Shown here: positions 25,410 through 35,930 of the stretch, in pieces
How the letters are laid out: the number at the start of each line of letters is the position of its first letter
Position numbering within the stretch: position 1 is the stretch's first letter
Assembly (NCBI GenBank): GCA_964374095.1
Contig: CAYJXJ010000006.1
Span: 4,339-56,779 of the forward strand
Origin: an uncultured Elusimicrobia bacterium
GTDB taxonomy: Bacteria > Elusimicrobiota > Elusimicrobia > UBA1565 > UBA9628
Direction of reading: 5' to 3'
DNA: 52,441 nucleotides
The notes under the pieces: model-generated
Database searches by the model: none
Told to the model about the DNA's origin: nothing
What the model saw: the letters and a program-made list of their open reading frames with translations, nothing else
Position numbers and translations under genes: made by a program

Positions 25410-26069
25410 TCAAATCGAATCGATGGCGTCCTTCGCGGCGGCCTGCTCCGCCTCTTTCTTGCTTTTTCCCAAACCGCGGCCAAGCGCCTTCTTGCCCAAT
25501 CGAACCTCGACCTCGAAGGTTCTATCGTGGTCCGGTCCCGTGAAACTCGACATCGCGTAGTCGGGCGTCTTGCGGTACTTGCGCTGCAGGAGCTCCTGGA
25601 GGCGGCTCTTGTAGTCGGTTTCGACCAAAGTCCCGTGCTCGGCCGTGAAGTAACGCCGGATGAAGGCCGCGGCGCTTTCGTAGCCGCCGTCGAGATAGAC
25701 GGCCCCGATGAGGGCCTCCACCGAGTTGGCCAGAAGGCTTTGCCGCAACCGCCCGCCGGAACTTTCCTCGCCGACTCCCAAGTAGAGGTAAGATCCGATG
25801 TCGAGGTCTTGGGCCCATTTGGCCAAGTTGGGACGCGACACCAACTGCGAACGCTTCTTGGATAGCGCCCCTTCCTTTTCATTCGGATAGTGCAGGTATA
25901 ATTCATGCGCGACGACGGCCGACAAAATGCTGTCCCCCAAGAACTCCAAGCGCTCGTTGTACACCGGGGAACGCGACTCGGAGGCGTAGGACCGGTGCGA
26001 CAGGGCCTCCTCCAGAAGCGCGTGATCCCTAAATCGGTAACCGATGGCTTCCTCGAGCGGTTTGGCCAT
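25410..26069 (-). CDS. rnc: Ribonuclease III
   Basis: Internal ATG at 26069 (MAKPLEEAIGYRFRDHALLEEALSHRSY...). Catalytic ERLEFLGDSIL; dsRBD at the C-terminus (KSRLQELLQRKY...FEVEVRLGKKALGRGLGKSKKEAEQAAAKDA). Confidence 0.93.
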   Translation of the reverse strand: MAKPLEEAIGYRFRDHALLEEALSHRSYASESRSPVYNERLEFLGDSILSAVVAHELYLHYPNEKEGALSKKRSQLVSRPNLAKWAQDLDIGSYLYLGVGEESSGGRLRQSLLANSVEALIGAVYLDGGYESAAAFIRRYFTAEHGTLVETDYKSRLQELLQRKYRKTPDYAMSSFTGPDHDRTFEVEVRLGKKALGRGLGKSKKEAEQAAAKDAIDSI

Positions 26070-26158
26070 GAGCGGTGCTGCCGCCTCGGCCCCCGCCCCA
26101 GCCGCCTTGGGCTTCGCCCAAGTGTCGGCAAGGACGGGAGCGAGGGCCGCGGGCGAAG

Positions 26159-26404
26159 CTATTTCTTCGCGTGCGCCGAGATGTATTCGATGGCCTGGCC
26201 GACGGTCTGAATCTTCTCGGCCTGTTCGTCGGGAATCTCGGTGTCGAACTCCTCCTCGAGCGCCATGACCAGCTCGACGGTGTCGAGGGAATCCGCGCCC
26301 AGGTCGTTGACGAAATGCGACTGGGGGGTTACCTCGTCGGCGCTCACGCCCAGCTGCTCGACGATGATCTGCTTGACGCGGTCTGCGATGTTGATTTCGG
26401 CCAT
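26159..26404 (-). CDS. acpP: Acyl carrier protein
   Basis: 81 aa with the [20 protein letters not shown] phosphopantetheine-attachment motif. Confidence 0.97.
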   Translation of the reverse strand: MAEINIADRVKQIIVEQLGVSADEVTPQSHFVNDLGADSLDTVELVMALEEEFDTEIPDEQAEKIQTVGQAIEYISAHAKK

Positions 26405-26448
26405 GAGTTTCCTCCCGTTGCCCCGAGTTCGGGGTCGGCTGATTTACT

Positions 26449-27246
26449 TTAGGTGTAGCCTCCGCCATTGACGGCCAAGACGTGGCCGGTGATGTAGGAA
26501 GAGTCCTCGCTGCACAAAAAGAGTATGGCCCGGCCGATCTCGGCGGGCTCGCCGGGGCGCCCCTTGGCGCCCTCGCGTCCCACGAGAATCTTGTTCAGGA
26601 GGTAGTCCTTGGCCTCCTGCGGCAGGGTTTCGGTCAGGCGGGTGCGTATGAAGCCGGGCGAGATGGCGTTGACGAGGATGTTGCGTGAGGCCAATTCCCG
26701 GGCGGCGGCCTTGGTCAGCGCGATCAGGCCCCCCTTGGAGGCGGCGTAATTAGCCTGCCCGGCGTTTCCTTCCTGGCCGACCACGGAGGCGACGTTGACG
26801 ATGCGGCCGTAGTGGGCTTTCATCATCGGGCGGCACGCCGCCTTGATGAAGTTGAAGGGCCCCTTCAGGTTGACGTTGATGACGAGATCCCAGTCGTTGT
26901 CGGACATGCGCATGATCAAGTTATCCCGGGTGATCCCGGCGTTGTTGACGAGTATGTCCAGGCGGCCGAACCTTTCGACGACCTGCTTGACCGCCGCCTC
27001 GCATTCCGGGAAGCTGGTCACGTTGACCTTCAAGCCCATGACCCGGTCTCCGGCGGAGAGGTCCTGGGCCGCTTTCTGGAGCGCGCCTTCATCGATGTCG
27101 ACGAGGACGACGCGGGCTCCCTGGCTGAGAAACACCTCGGCGGTGGCTAAGCCGATGCCCTGGGCGCCGCCGGTAATGATGGCGACGCGGTCGAGGAGCC
27201 GGGTGCCTTGGTTTTTGGCGGCGGGAGCGGCCTGAGTGGTTTCCAT
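26449..27246 (-). CDS. fabG: 3-oxoacyl-ACP reductase (SDR)
   Basis: 265 aa: TGGAQGIG, NNAG, and the YAASKGG catalytic Y-x3-K. Lies upstream of acpP. Confidence 0.9.
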   Translation of the reverse strand: METTQAAPAAKNQGTRLLDRVAIITGGAQGIGLATAEVFLSQGARVVLVDIDEGALQKAAQDLSAGDRVMGLKVNVTSFPECEAAVKQVVERFGRLDILVNNAGITRDNLIMRMSDNDWDLVINVNLKGPFNFIKAACRPMMKAHYGRIVNVASVVGQEGNAGQANYAASKGGLIALTKAAARELASRNILVNAISPGFIRTRLTETLPQEAKDYLLNKILVGREGAKGRPGEPAEIGRAILFLCSEDSSYITGHVLAVNGGGYT

Positions 27247-27294
27247 GGGTTTGGTCCTTATGGTTCTCTTCCCATATTTATTGGAAAGGGATGG

Positions 27295-28326
27295 TCATGG
27301 CGCGGCGCTGATGGGGGCGGCCTGCATCGTTTGACGCATGGTTTCCATCGAAGCGCACAGGCGGCCGCAAATCCCGTTGGCGGCGAGCGTCCCCGCCAGT
27401 CGTATCGCGTTCGCGACGACTTTCCCCCCGGGGCGCGACGGCGCGACGATGACGATGCCGCCGACCCCCAGCAGGGGAGCCGCGCCCCATCCCTCGAAAT
27501 CGAACTTGGCGCGCATAGACCCCAGCGCCCCCCGCAGAAGCCGCGCCCCCACGCGCTGGAGGGGCGTGGTGAGGGCGCCGTCGAAAGCGGTGATCATGGC
27601 GGCGGCGGTCCCCTCCACCGCCTTGACCGCCACATCCCCGACGAAGCCGTCGCAGACCACCACGTCCGTCGTGCCCGCGGCGATGTCGCGGCCTTCGACC
27701 GGCCCGGCGTAGCGCAGCCCGCTGGATTTGATCAAGGGGATGGCTTCCCGCACCATGTCGCCGCCCTTGTATTCCTGCGGGCCGCTGGAGAGTATGCCCA
27801 CGGAGGGTTCCGGGATCTTGTGGACTTCCTGGGCGTAGAGCGTCCCCATCATGGCGAATTGCAGCAGGTGCCAGGGCTTGCACTCGGTGTTGGCGCCTCC
27901 GTCGATGAGGACGGTGGTCCCCCGCGGGGTGGGCACGGAGAAGGCCAGGGCCGGGCGCAGGACTTCGGGAAGCCTTTTGAGCTGCCAGAGGGCCGCGATC
28001 ACCGAAGCCCCGGGGTTTCCAGCCGAGACCAGGGCGTCGGCGGCGCCGCGGGCGACGAGCTCGGCGCAGGCCATGATGGAAGCGCGCGGCCGGGCCCGGC
28101 ACGCCGCGGCGGGCTCGTCGCCCATGCCGATCACCTCGGGGCAGTCGACGATCTCAAAACGAGGGTCCCCCGGGGCGACGGCGCGCGCGGCGAGCGCGGT
28201 CCGAATATCCGCCGCCGGTCCGACGAGCACGAGCTTGGACCCCACGGCGTCGGCGGCGGCGACGGCCCCCGAGATGTTGGGAGCCAGGCCCCGGTCTCCG
28301 GCGGCCGCGTCCAGGGCGATTGTCAC
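27295..28326 (-). CDS. plsX: Phosphate acyltransferase PlsX
   Basis: GTG at 28326 in a GTGA overlap with the rpmF stop (VTIALDAAAGDRGLAPN...). Contains VSAGNPGA and IDGGANTECKP, and has the classic rpmF-plsX synteny. Confidence 0.9.
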   Translation of the reverse strand: MTIALDAAAGDRGLAPNISGAVAAADAVGSKLVLVGPAADIRTALAARAVAPGDPRFEIVDCPEVIGMGDEPAAACRARPRASIMACAELVARGAADALVSAGNPGASVIAALWQLKRLPEVLRPALAFSVPTPRGTTVLIDGGANTECKPWHLLQFAMMGTLYAQEVHKIPEPSVGILSSGPQEYKGGDMVREAIPLIKSSGLRYAGPVEGRDIAAGTTDVVVCDGFVGDVAVKAVEGTAAAMITAFDGALTTPLQRVGARLLRGALGSMRAKFDFEGWGAAPLLGVGGIVIVAPSRPGGKVVANAIRLAGTLAANGICGRLCASMETMRQTMQAAPISAAP

Positions 28327-28559
28327 CCCTGCGCCGGCCCGGAGGCCTCCCCTCCCTCTCCCTTCTTCTTTTTCACCTTCTTGGGGACCACCAGACGCCC
28401 GCCGTAAAACCCGCATTCGGGGCAGACGGTATGGGGCGGGTGGAGCCTGCCGCACGCGGGGTTGCTGCAGCGGCTCAAGGACAGGGCTTCGAGCCTCCAG
28501 TTCTGGGACCGCCGGCTGTCGCGGCGAGACCGGGTATGCTTGCGTTTTGGGTTGGGCAT
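28323..28559 (-). CDS. rpmF: 50S ribosomal protein L32 (Cys-containing zinc-ribbon form) with Lys/Gly-rich C-terminal tail
   Basis: MPNPKRKHTRSRRDSRRSQ...CSNPACG...CPECG... fits the L32 N-terminal signature. Confidence 0.93.
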   Translation of the reverse strand: MPNPKRKHTRSRRDSRRSQNWRLEALSLSRCSNPACGRLHPPHTVCPECGFYGGRLVVPKKVKKKKGEGGEASGPAQG

Positions 28560-28568
28560 GACGGGGAA

Positions 28569-28598
28569 ATTCTATTGACTTTAAGGAAACAAGTCAAT
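28569..28598 (-). promoter_or_regulatory. Putative rpmF promoter TTGACT-17-TAGAAT, 9 nt upstream of the ATG, embedded in an 8-bp inverted repeat (ATTGACTT-N9-AAGTCAAT)
   Basis: On the minus strand: -35 at 28592-28597, -10 at 28569-28574, rpmF ATG at 28559, no SD in between. The inverted repeat (28574-28581 / 28591-28598) overlaps the GT2 stop codon. Confidence 0.5.
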
Positions 28599-29557
28599 CT
28601 GCGGCGGACGGCGCGGCGGCCGTGGTTTCCGCCACGAAGAACCCCGGCTTGTCCTTGATGTCGAAGTAGACCCGCACGAGGACTTCAGCGAGGAGCCCGA
28701 GCAGAACCAGTTGAAAGCCGATCAGCCCGAAAAATATCGAGATTTGAAACAGCGGCTGATCCTTGACGAAGGTCCCCTCGAAGAACTTCTTGTAGAGGGT
28801 GATGGCGGCCAGGCACGCTCCCAGGGCTGCGAAGCCGAGGCCCCAGCCGCCGAACAGGTAGATGGGCTTGCCCAGATAGGCATCCATGAACTTCACGGTC
28901 AGAAGGTCAAGTACGACCTTGAAAGTCCGCCCCAGACCGTATTTGGATCTGCCGAGCGCTCTGGGGCGGTGCGTGACCTCGGCCTCGCCCACGCGGGCTC
29001 CCAGGGAGCCCGCGAGAGCTGGAATGAAGCGGTGCATCTCCCCGTAGAGGCGCAGGGGCTTCAAGTAGCGGCTGCGGTAGAGCTTCAGGGTGCAGCCGTA
29101 GTCGTGCAGGGCGACCCCGGTGATCCAAGAGATGAGGAGATTCGCCGCTTGGGACGGGAGCCGCCGGGTGAGCCAGGGGTCCTTGCGCTCGCGCCGCCAG
29201 CCGCTGACCACGTCGTAGCCTTGGTCCAGGACGACCAGCAGCGCCGCGATGTCGCGGGGATCGTTTTGCAGGTCCGCGTCGAGACAGGCGATCACCTCCC
29301 CCCGCGCGGCCGAGATGCCCGCGGCGAGAGCCGCGGTCTGTCCGAAGTTGCGGCCCAAGCGGGTGCCGGTGAAGCCCGGCAAGCGCGTCGCGAAGTCCTT
29401 GATGATGTCCCAGCTGCGGTCGGTGGAACCGTCGTCGATCAGCAGGATCTCGTAGCTCCGCCCGAGCCGGGTCATCGCGTTCAAGACCTCCACGCCCAGG
29501 CCCGGGAGGCTCTCGGCCTCGTTGTAGACGGGGATGATGACGCTCAGCGTCGGAGCG

Positions 29558-29565
<8 letters not shown>
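28594..29565 (-). CDS. GT2-family polyprenyl-phosphate glycosyltransferase (DPM1/GtrB/ArnC-like)
   Basis: 323 aa: [26 protein letters not shown] (DxD), two C-terminal TM helices. Confidence 0.88.
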
Positions 29566-30925
<1,360 letters not shown>

Positions 30926-31027
30926 GGCTTGGCCTCGACTTGCCGAATTCCCCAAAAGTCTAACAATTTGCGGCCCGGTTAGGCTACGACCTGCGCCTCC
31001 AATGACAGGAGCACCGGAGGAGAATAT

Positions 31028-31495
31028 TCATACCCGTTCCCTCAGGCACCGCAGGATCTCCTCGGCGGAGGCTTGACGGGTCACGGCCTGCCTGAAATCG
31101 GGTTGGTGCAAGGCGGCGGCGATCTGAGAGAGAAGGGCCAGGTGCAGGCGGACCGTGGGGGCCAGGATCACGAATAGGGCGCCGACCGGCTTGCCGTCGG
31201 CCGCGCCGAAATCGACGGGCTTCTCGAGCAGGCAGAGCGCGGCGATGGAGCGCGACGACGTCGGAAAGACCAGGGGACTGCGCGGATGCGGTATGGCGAT
31301 GCCCTCTCCCAGCGCCGTCGTGCAGTCCCTTTCCCGTTCCGTCAGCATACGAGCCGCCAACGCCCTTTCGGCGGGAGACAAAGGAAGGAGCTCGGCCGCG
31401 GCAGCCATGGCGGCTCTGGCATCTCCGCCCGGAACGCCGTGGTGTATGCCGCCCGCCTCCAAGGCCTCCGCTAAGGTCACGCCGGCTCGGGGCAT
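31028..31495 (-). CDS. ptsN: PTS EIIA type-2 (EIIA-Ntr/PtsN-like) regulatory protein
   Basis: 155 aa. Contains ERERDCTTALGEGIAIPHPRS (phosphorylatable His context) and FVILAP. No other PTS genes in the window. Confidence 0.75.
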   Translation of the reverse strand: MPRAGVTLAEALEAGGIHHGVPGGDARAAMAAAAELLPLSPAERALAARMLTERERDCTTALGEGIAIPHPRSPLVFPTSSRSIAALCLLEKPVDFGAADGKPVGALFVILAPTVRLHLALLSQIAAALHQPDFRQAVTRQASAEEILRCLRERV

Positions 31496-31501
31496 GGCGG
31501 G

Positions 31502-32656
31502 CTATTTGGCTCGAGGGGACAGGAGTTCCCCGTAGAGCTCCTCCTGCCGCCGGACCATGAGGTCGATGTCGAACTCGGGACCGACGCTCTCGCGGGCGCG
31601 CGCCCCCAGGCGCCGGCGCAGGCCCGCGTCGGTCAGCACGGCGGCGACGCGCTCGACCAGGAGGTCGACGTTGCCGATGGGGACGCTCAAACCGTTGTCG
31701 CCGTCGCGCAGGATGTCGGAAACCCCGTCGGTGGCGTAGCAGACGCAGGCCAGGCCGGTGCGCATCGCCTCCAGGAGCGAGCGGGGCAGCCCCTCCCAGA
31801 GCGAGGTGAGTACGAAGACGTCGGTCGCGGCGAGGATCTCGTCGGTGTCGCGCCGCCAGCCGGGCAATAGCAGCTTGCCGTGCAGGCCGGAGGCGAGCAC
31901 TTGGCACTCGACTCGCGGACGCAGCGGCCCGTCGCCGACGAAAAGGAAGCTCGCCTGGGGGACCCTCGCCAGGACTTCGTGGGCCACGACGACGAAGTCC
32001 ATGGGGTTTTTCTGGGGTTTGAGGTTGCCGATCGAGGTCACCAGCAGGGAGTGCCGCCCGGCGCCGAGAGAGGCTTTCTTCGCCCCGGGGTCGGCAAGGG
32101 GCGCGGGATACCGTGCCAGCGGGATTCCCGAGCGGATCAGCGCGCCCCGGCGCTCGCCCGGCAGGCGGTGCCGCCGCGCGGTGGCGCGGTTGGAGAGGCT
32201 GACGAATACCAGGCGGTTGGCGGCGAGGCAGGCCAGACGCTCGGCCCAGACGTAGGCCGCGCGCGCCAGCGGCGGCTGCCAGTCATGGAAGCCGAAGCCG
32301 TGGTAGGTGTGGACGACCCCGGGCACGCCCGCCAGCCTCGCCGCCAGGCGGCCGAGTATTCCGGCCTTGGAGCTGTGGGTGTGGACGACGTCGGGCTTCT
32401 CGGCGAGGAAGAGAGACCAGAGGCGAAAGAACGCCAGCAGATCCAAGACCGGCCGCACCTCCCGGACCAACTCCGGGATCAGCACGACCCGCGGGGCCCC
32501 GGCCCCGCCGGGTCCCCCCGCGCTCAACTCAGGGTCGAGCGCGCCGCCCGGCCCGGTCACGAGGACGGCCTCGAATCGCTCCGGGTCTAGAGCGCGGCAG
32601 GTGTGAAGGGTGTTGCCCTGGGCGCCGCCGAGGTCCATCCGGGTGATCACGTGCAT
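31502..32656 (-). CDS. GT4-family (GT-B) glycosyltransferase
   Basis: Contains ITRMDLGGAQ, HTHSSKAGILGR and LTSLWEGLPRSLLEAM (E-x7-E). ATG at 32656 has AGGAGG 9 nt upstream. An alternative ATG at 32710 forms an ATGA overlap with the SpoIID-like gene stop. Confidence 0.85.
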   Translation of the reverse strand: MHVITRMDLGGAQGNTLHTCRALDPERFEAVLVTGPGGALDPELSAGGPGGAGAPRVVLIPELVREVRPVLDLLAFFRLWSLFLAEKPDVVHTHSSKAGILGRLAARLAGVPGVVHTYHGFGFHDWQPPLARAAYVWAERLACLAANRLVFVSLSNRATARRHRLPGERRGALIRSGIPLARYPAPLADPGAKKASLGAGRHSLLVTSIGNLKPQKNPMDFVVVAHEVLARVPQASFLFVGDGPLRPRVECQVLASGLHGKLLLPGWRRDTDEILAATDVFVLTSLWEGLPRSLLEAMRTGLACVCYATDGVSDILRDGDNGLSVPIGNVDLLVERVAAVLTDAGLRRRLGARARESVGPEFDIDLMVRRQEELYGELLSPRAK

Positions 32657-32706
32657 CACCTTCACCCTCCTTCCGGAGGGAGGCCGTCCTCCTTTCCCGG
32701 AGGGGG

Positions 32707-34863
32707 TCATCGCTTGAGGCGGGGGTTGCGGCGCCGCTTGCCGGTCTCGGAGGCTGCCTTGCGCGCGGGAGCCCGGGGGTCGTGGACGTCGAGTCCGGGG
32801 AAATAGTGGGCGAGGATTTGGCGCCAGACGCGGCCGAGACTGGCCTGGCCGACGGCTCCGGCCTGGCAGAGCCCGCGGCCGTGTCCGGTCCCGGCGCCCC
32901 ATAGGACGAAATGGGTCGCCTTCGCGCCTTGATAGAGAGGCTGGATGGTGAAGAGCGTCGAGCGAAGGGAGCCTGGGGAGAGAAACTGACGGATCGCCGG
33001 CTCACCCTCAAAGATGAGGTTTTCGCGGGTCCCCTGCACTTCCAAGGAGCGGATGCGTCCCGAAGGCGTCCGGGAGAGCGCCCGGATATGGCGCACCGTT
33101 CCCAAGGCCTTCACGACCTGGGCGCGCCGGGAAAGCTCCGAGGCGTCGATCAGGCGGATCCACCGGGCCTCGACCGCGGGCGACAGGCTGCCCGCCTCGC
33201 AGTAGCGATCGCGCGGGGGGTAGGAATGCATCCAGCGCTCCAGGTCGGCGGCGGTGGCGGCGAGGGGCGCGGGGTTGGCGGAGTCGGCGACGGGCCGCAG
33301 GTGGTCGAGCCCTTCCCCCTCGAATCCCTCGGGAGATTCGGTGAACCCGCCGCAGTTGGCGTGGTCCGCCACGTTGGCGGGGCCGCCGCCGGGCCTGCGC
33401 AGGACCACGCCCCGGGTCTCCCGCACGGCCTGCGTCGCCGCGGCGAGCTCGGCGTTAAGTCCCAGATAGCGTTGGCAATGATCGGAGTCGCACAGGTCGG
33501 CCTTCTCGAAATTCTCCCGACGATGGGTCTTGTGCCAGAGGGCGCGGGTCCTCGCCACGACGGACTGGGCTTTGTAGGCTTCCATCGGGCTGCGCTGCGT
33601 CAGGGCGGCCGGGACGGCCCCGTAGAGGTAATGCTCCAAGGGAAGGTCGTTGACGATCTTGAAGCCGTAGGGCGTCGGGACGATCTCCACAACCCCCCGC
33701 AGCTCCCGGTCCCCGGGGTCGGCGACGCCTTCCTCGCGAAGCACGGCGCTTTTGATCAGCACCGAGCCGTTCGCTCCGGCGGGCTCGAAGCGAAATGCCT
33801 GTTTGGAGGTGTATTGCAGGACGCCGCCGGTGTCGCGCACCTCGACGATGTTCGATTCGGGACGGAACTCCACCGCCCACTGCGCCATGGCCCTGCCGTC
33901 GTCCCGGACCACCTCGCCCCCGGCGGCGGTGAGGCGGAAGGCGGCATTGGCCATGACGTAGAGACGCGTCGCCTCGACGCCGACCCCGTCGGAGCCGCTG
34001 AACACCGCGACCCTGATGCGGGGCGCGGTGGGGTCCTCCGGCTCCCCGGCCCCGGCGTCGAGCATGGGCCTCGAGAGCCGCCGGACGGGCCGCAACGCCT
34101 CCGGCGTGGCGGGAAGGTATTTGGAGACCTTGCGCGCCGCGGCGGCGGCGTCGGAGTCGTCGGGATCGAGGAGGAGGGCCGCTTGCCAGGCGCGGAAAGC
34201 CTGCCGGTTCTCACCCACCTTCTGATAGAGGCGGGCGAGCTCCCGCAGGGCTTCGCGGTTGAGGGGATCGACCCCCACGCTTTCGCCGAGATAGGCCAGC
34301 GCCAACTGCCGGTCTCCCATGGCCAGGGCCGTCAGCCCCGAAAGCTGGGCCGACAGGGGGATCATGTAGGGGCCCTGCGATCGGGCCGCCCGCAGGGGCT
34401 CCTTGGCGGCCTTGGGATGTTCGTCGAGCAGGGAGGCGAGTCCCAGGCCGATATTGGCTTCCGCCTGCGCGGCCGTTGTCGTTGAAAGCTCCAGCGCCTT
34501 GCGAAAGACCGGGATGGCGTCGCGGGGCCGGCTATTCGAAAGGTAGCTCCAGCCCCGCTGACTCCACAGAAAGGCGTCGCGTCCCTCCAAGGAGGCTTTG
34601 GTCCAGGCCGGCAGCGCCGCTTCCGGACGGCCCATGTCGCGAGAGAGGATGGCCAGGCTCGGACCGGGGTCCGGAGCGGTTATGCCGAGCAGGGCCAAAT
34701 AGCGGTAGGAGGCCGCGGCGGCGTCGAGGCGACCGGCCAAGAAGGCGCGGTAGGCCTCGCGCAAGGCGGAAGGGGCGTCGGCCCCCGGGGGCACGGCCGC
34801 CGGCGGGAGCTCGCCGCACCATGACGCCGCGGCCCACAGGGCGATCGCCGCAAGGATGTTCAC
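32707..34863 (-). CDS. Secreted TPR-repeat + SpoIID/LytB-domain protein (peptidoglycan remodelling)
   Basis: 718 aa with signal peptide MNILAAIALWAAASW. The N-terminal half is TPR-like. The C-terminal half carries SpoIID features (LEHYLYGAVPAAL..MEAYKAQSVVARTRAL, CDSDHCQRYLG, ...GHGRGLCQAGA). Confidence 0.8.
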   Translation of the reverse strand: MNILAAIALWAAASWCGELPPAAVPPGADAPSALREAYRAFLAGRLDAAAASYRYLALLGITAPDPGPSLAILSRDMGRPEAALPAWTKASLEGRDAFLWSQRGWSYLSNSRPRDAIPVFRKALELSTTTAAQAEANIGLGLASLLDEHPKAAKEPLRAARSQGPYMIPLSAQLSGLTALAMGDRQLALAYLGESVGVDPLNREALRELARLYQKVGENRQAFRAWQAALLLDPDDSDAAAAARKVSKYLPATPEALRPVRRLSRPMLDAGAGEPEDPTAPRIRVAVFSGSDGVGVEATRLYVMANAAFRLTAAGGEVVRDDGRAMAQWAVEFRPESNIVEVRDTGGVLQYTSKQAFRFEPAGANGSVLIKSAVLREEGVADPGDRELRGVVEIVPTPYGFKIVNDLPLEHYLYGAVPAALTQRSPMEAYKAQSVVARTRALWHKTHRRENFEKADLCDSDHCQRYLGLNAELAAATQAVRETRGVVLRRPGGGPANVADHANCGGFTESPEGFEGEGLDHLRPVADSANPAPLAATAADLERWMHSYPPRDRYCEAGSLSPAVEARWIRLIDASELSRRAQVVKALGTVRHIRALSRTPSGRIRSLEVQGTRENLIFEGEPAIRQFLSPGSLRSTLFTIQPLYQGAKATHFVLWGAGTGHGRGLCQAGAVGQASLGRVWRQILAHYFPGLDVHDPRAPARKAASETGKRRRNPRLKR

Positions 34864-35336
34864 CGGGGCCCGGAGGCGCGCGCTTTGCGCCGCCCGGACG
34901 GAACGGGGGCGGGCCTGGCGATGGACGGGGGCGCGGGCGCGGCCGCCGGCGCGGCCCCCGTCGGCGGGATGTCGCGGCGCACTTCATTGAGAATCCTCTC
35001 GGCCTGGGCGCGGCCGTCGGGCCTATTGAGCTGCAGGGCGATCCCGGCCCTGGTCTCGAGATCGGAGACCGCATGCCCCTCCGCTCGCGCCCGTTGGATT
35101 TCCGCGGCGACCTTGGCGTGGAGGCGCGCGAGGCGGGCCTGCTGCCCCTTCTCGAGCTCCTCGAGGATGATCCGTCCGCGGGGGTCGGCCGGCCCCTGGT
35201 CCGGGTAGCGCCAGCGTCGGTAGGCGTCGAAGGGGACCCGGCGCCATTCATAGGCCCAGGGAAGCGCGGCCAGCGCGAAGAGCGTCAAGACAAGGTTGAG
35301 CGGCGTGACCCACCGCATCAACTTTTCCAAAGTCAC
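34860..35336 (-). CDS. Hypothetical N-terminally membrane-anchored helical protein with Pro/Ala-rich tail
   Basis: 158 aa. TM helix WVTPLNLVLTLFALAALPWAY. G/C-ending codon bias. 4-nt overlaps with both neighbours. No family recognised. Confidence 0.6.
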   Translation of the reverse strand: MTLEKLMRWVTPLNLVLTLFALAALPWAYEWRRVPFDAYRRWRYPDQGPADPRGRIILEELEKGQQARLARLHAKVAAEIQRARAEGHAVSDLETRAGIALQLNRPDGRAQAERILNEVRRDIPPTGAAPAAAPAPPSIARPAPVPSGRRKARASGPR

Positions 35337-35770
35337 CGCCGCTCCTCCTCGCCTTTGAGCCGCGGGTAGACGCGGGTGACGATGCCGAAGGAGAAGAGCT
35401 TCACCTTATCGAAAAGGATCTCGAGGTCCTGGACCATGTACCAGGCCTCGATCTTCTGTTCGTTGGCGATGATGTGATGATGCAGCAGGCGCATCTGCTC
35501 GGAAAGCCCCTGCAGCTCCTTTTCGAAGGCCGAGACGACGCGCTGCAGGCCGCGCGCGGTATCCAGGAGCTCGGGCGCCTTCGTGCATTCGCGGTCGAGC
35601 CAGTCGATGAGGCCGGGCAGGGCCGTCGAATCCTGGATGAAGGTGCGCATCGTGCGGCGGAGGAGCTGCAGATCGTCCCCGAAGAGGCTGTCGCGGTAAG
35701 ACGTCCTGTTGCGGGCGGCGTTGGCCGCGCGATGGGCGCGGAAGAGCAGGTCCTCGACGCGTCCCGCCAT
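35333..35770 (-). CDS. Hypothetical helical cytoplasmic protein (possibly 23 codons longer, non-ATG start at 35839)
   Basis: 145 aa from the first ATG. The frame stays open upstream to 35839, where ATC is preceded by AGGAGGG at 8 nt. No family recognised. Confidence 0.6.
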   Translation of the reverse strand: MAGRVEDLLFRAHRAANAARNRTSYRDSLFGDDLQLLRRTMRTFIQDSTALPGLIDWLDRECTKAPELLDTARGLQRVVSAFEKELQGLSEQMRLLHHHIIANEQKIEAWYMVQDLEILFDKVKLFSFGIVTRVYPRLKGEEERR

Positions 35771-35930
35771 CGCCCCGACCTTGTCGGTGAACTCGATGAA
35801 TCGCTCCTCGACGACCTTGAATAGCTTGTCCAGCTCGATGGGGGCGTCCCTCCTAAATGACCGGCAACGGTCAATCTAATCAGATTCCGCGCCGCGGCAC
35901 AACCTCGGCTCAGTCGCCGGATCGGCCTCC

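Noticed and set aside
32911-34485. 524-aa plus-strand ORF opposite the TPR-SpoIID gene
   Set aside because: Shadow ORF. The minus frame has a signal peptide, TPR units and SpoIID motifs.
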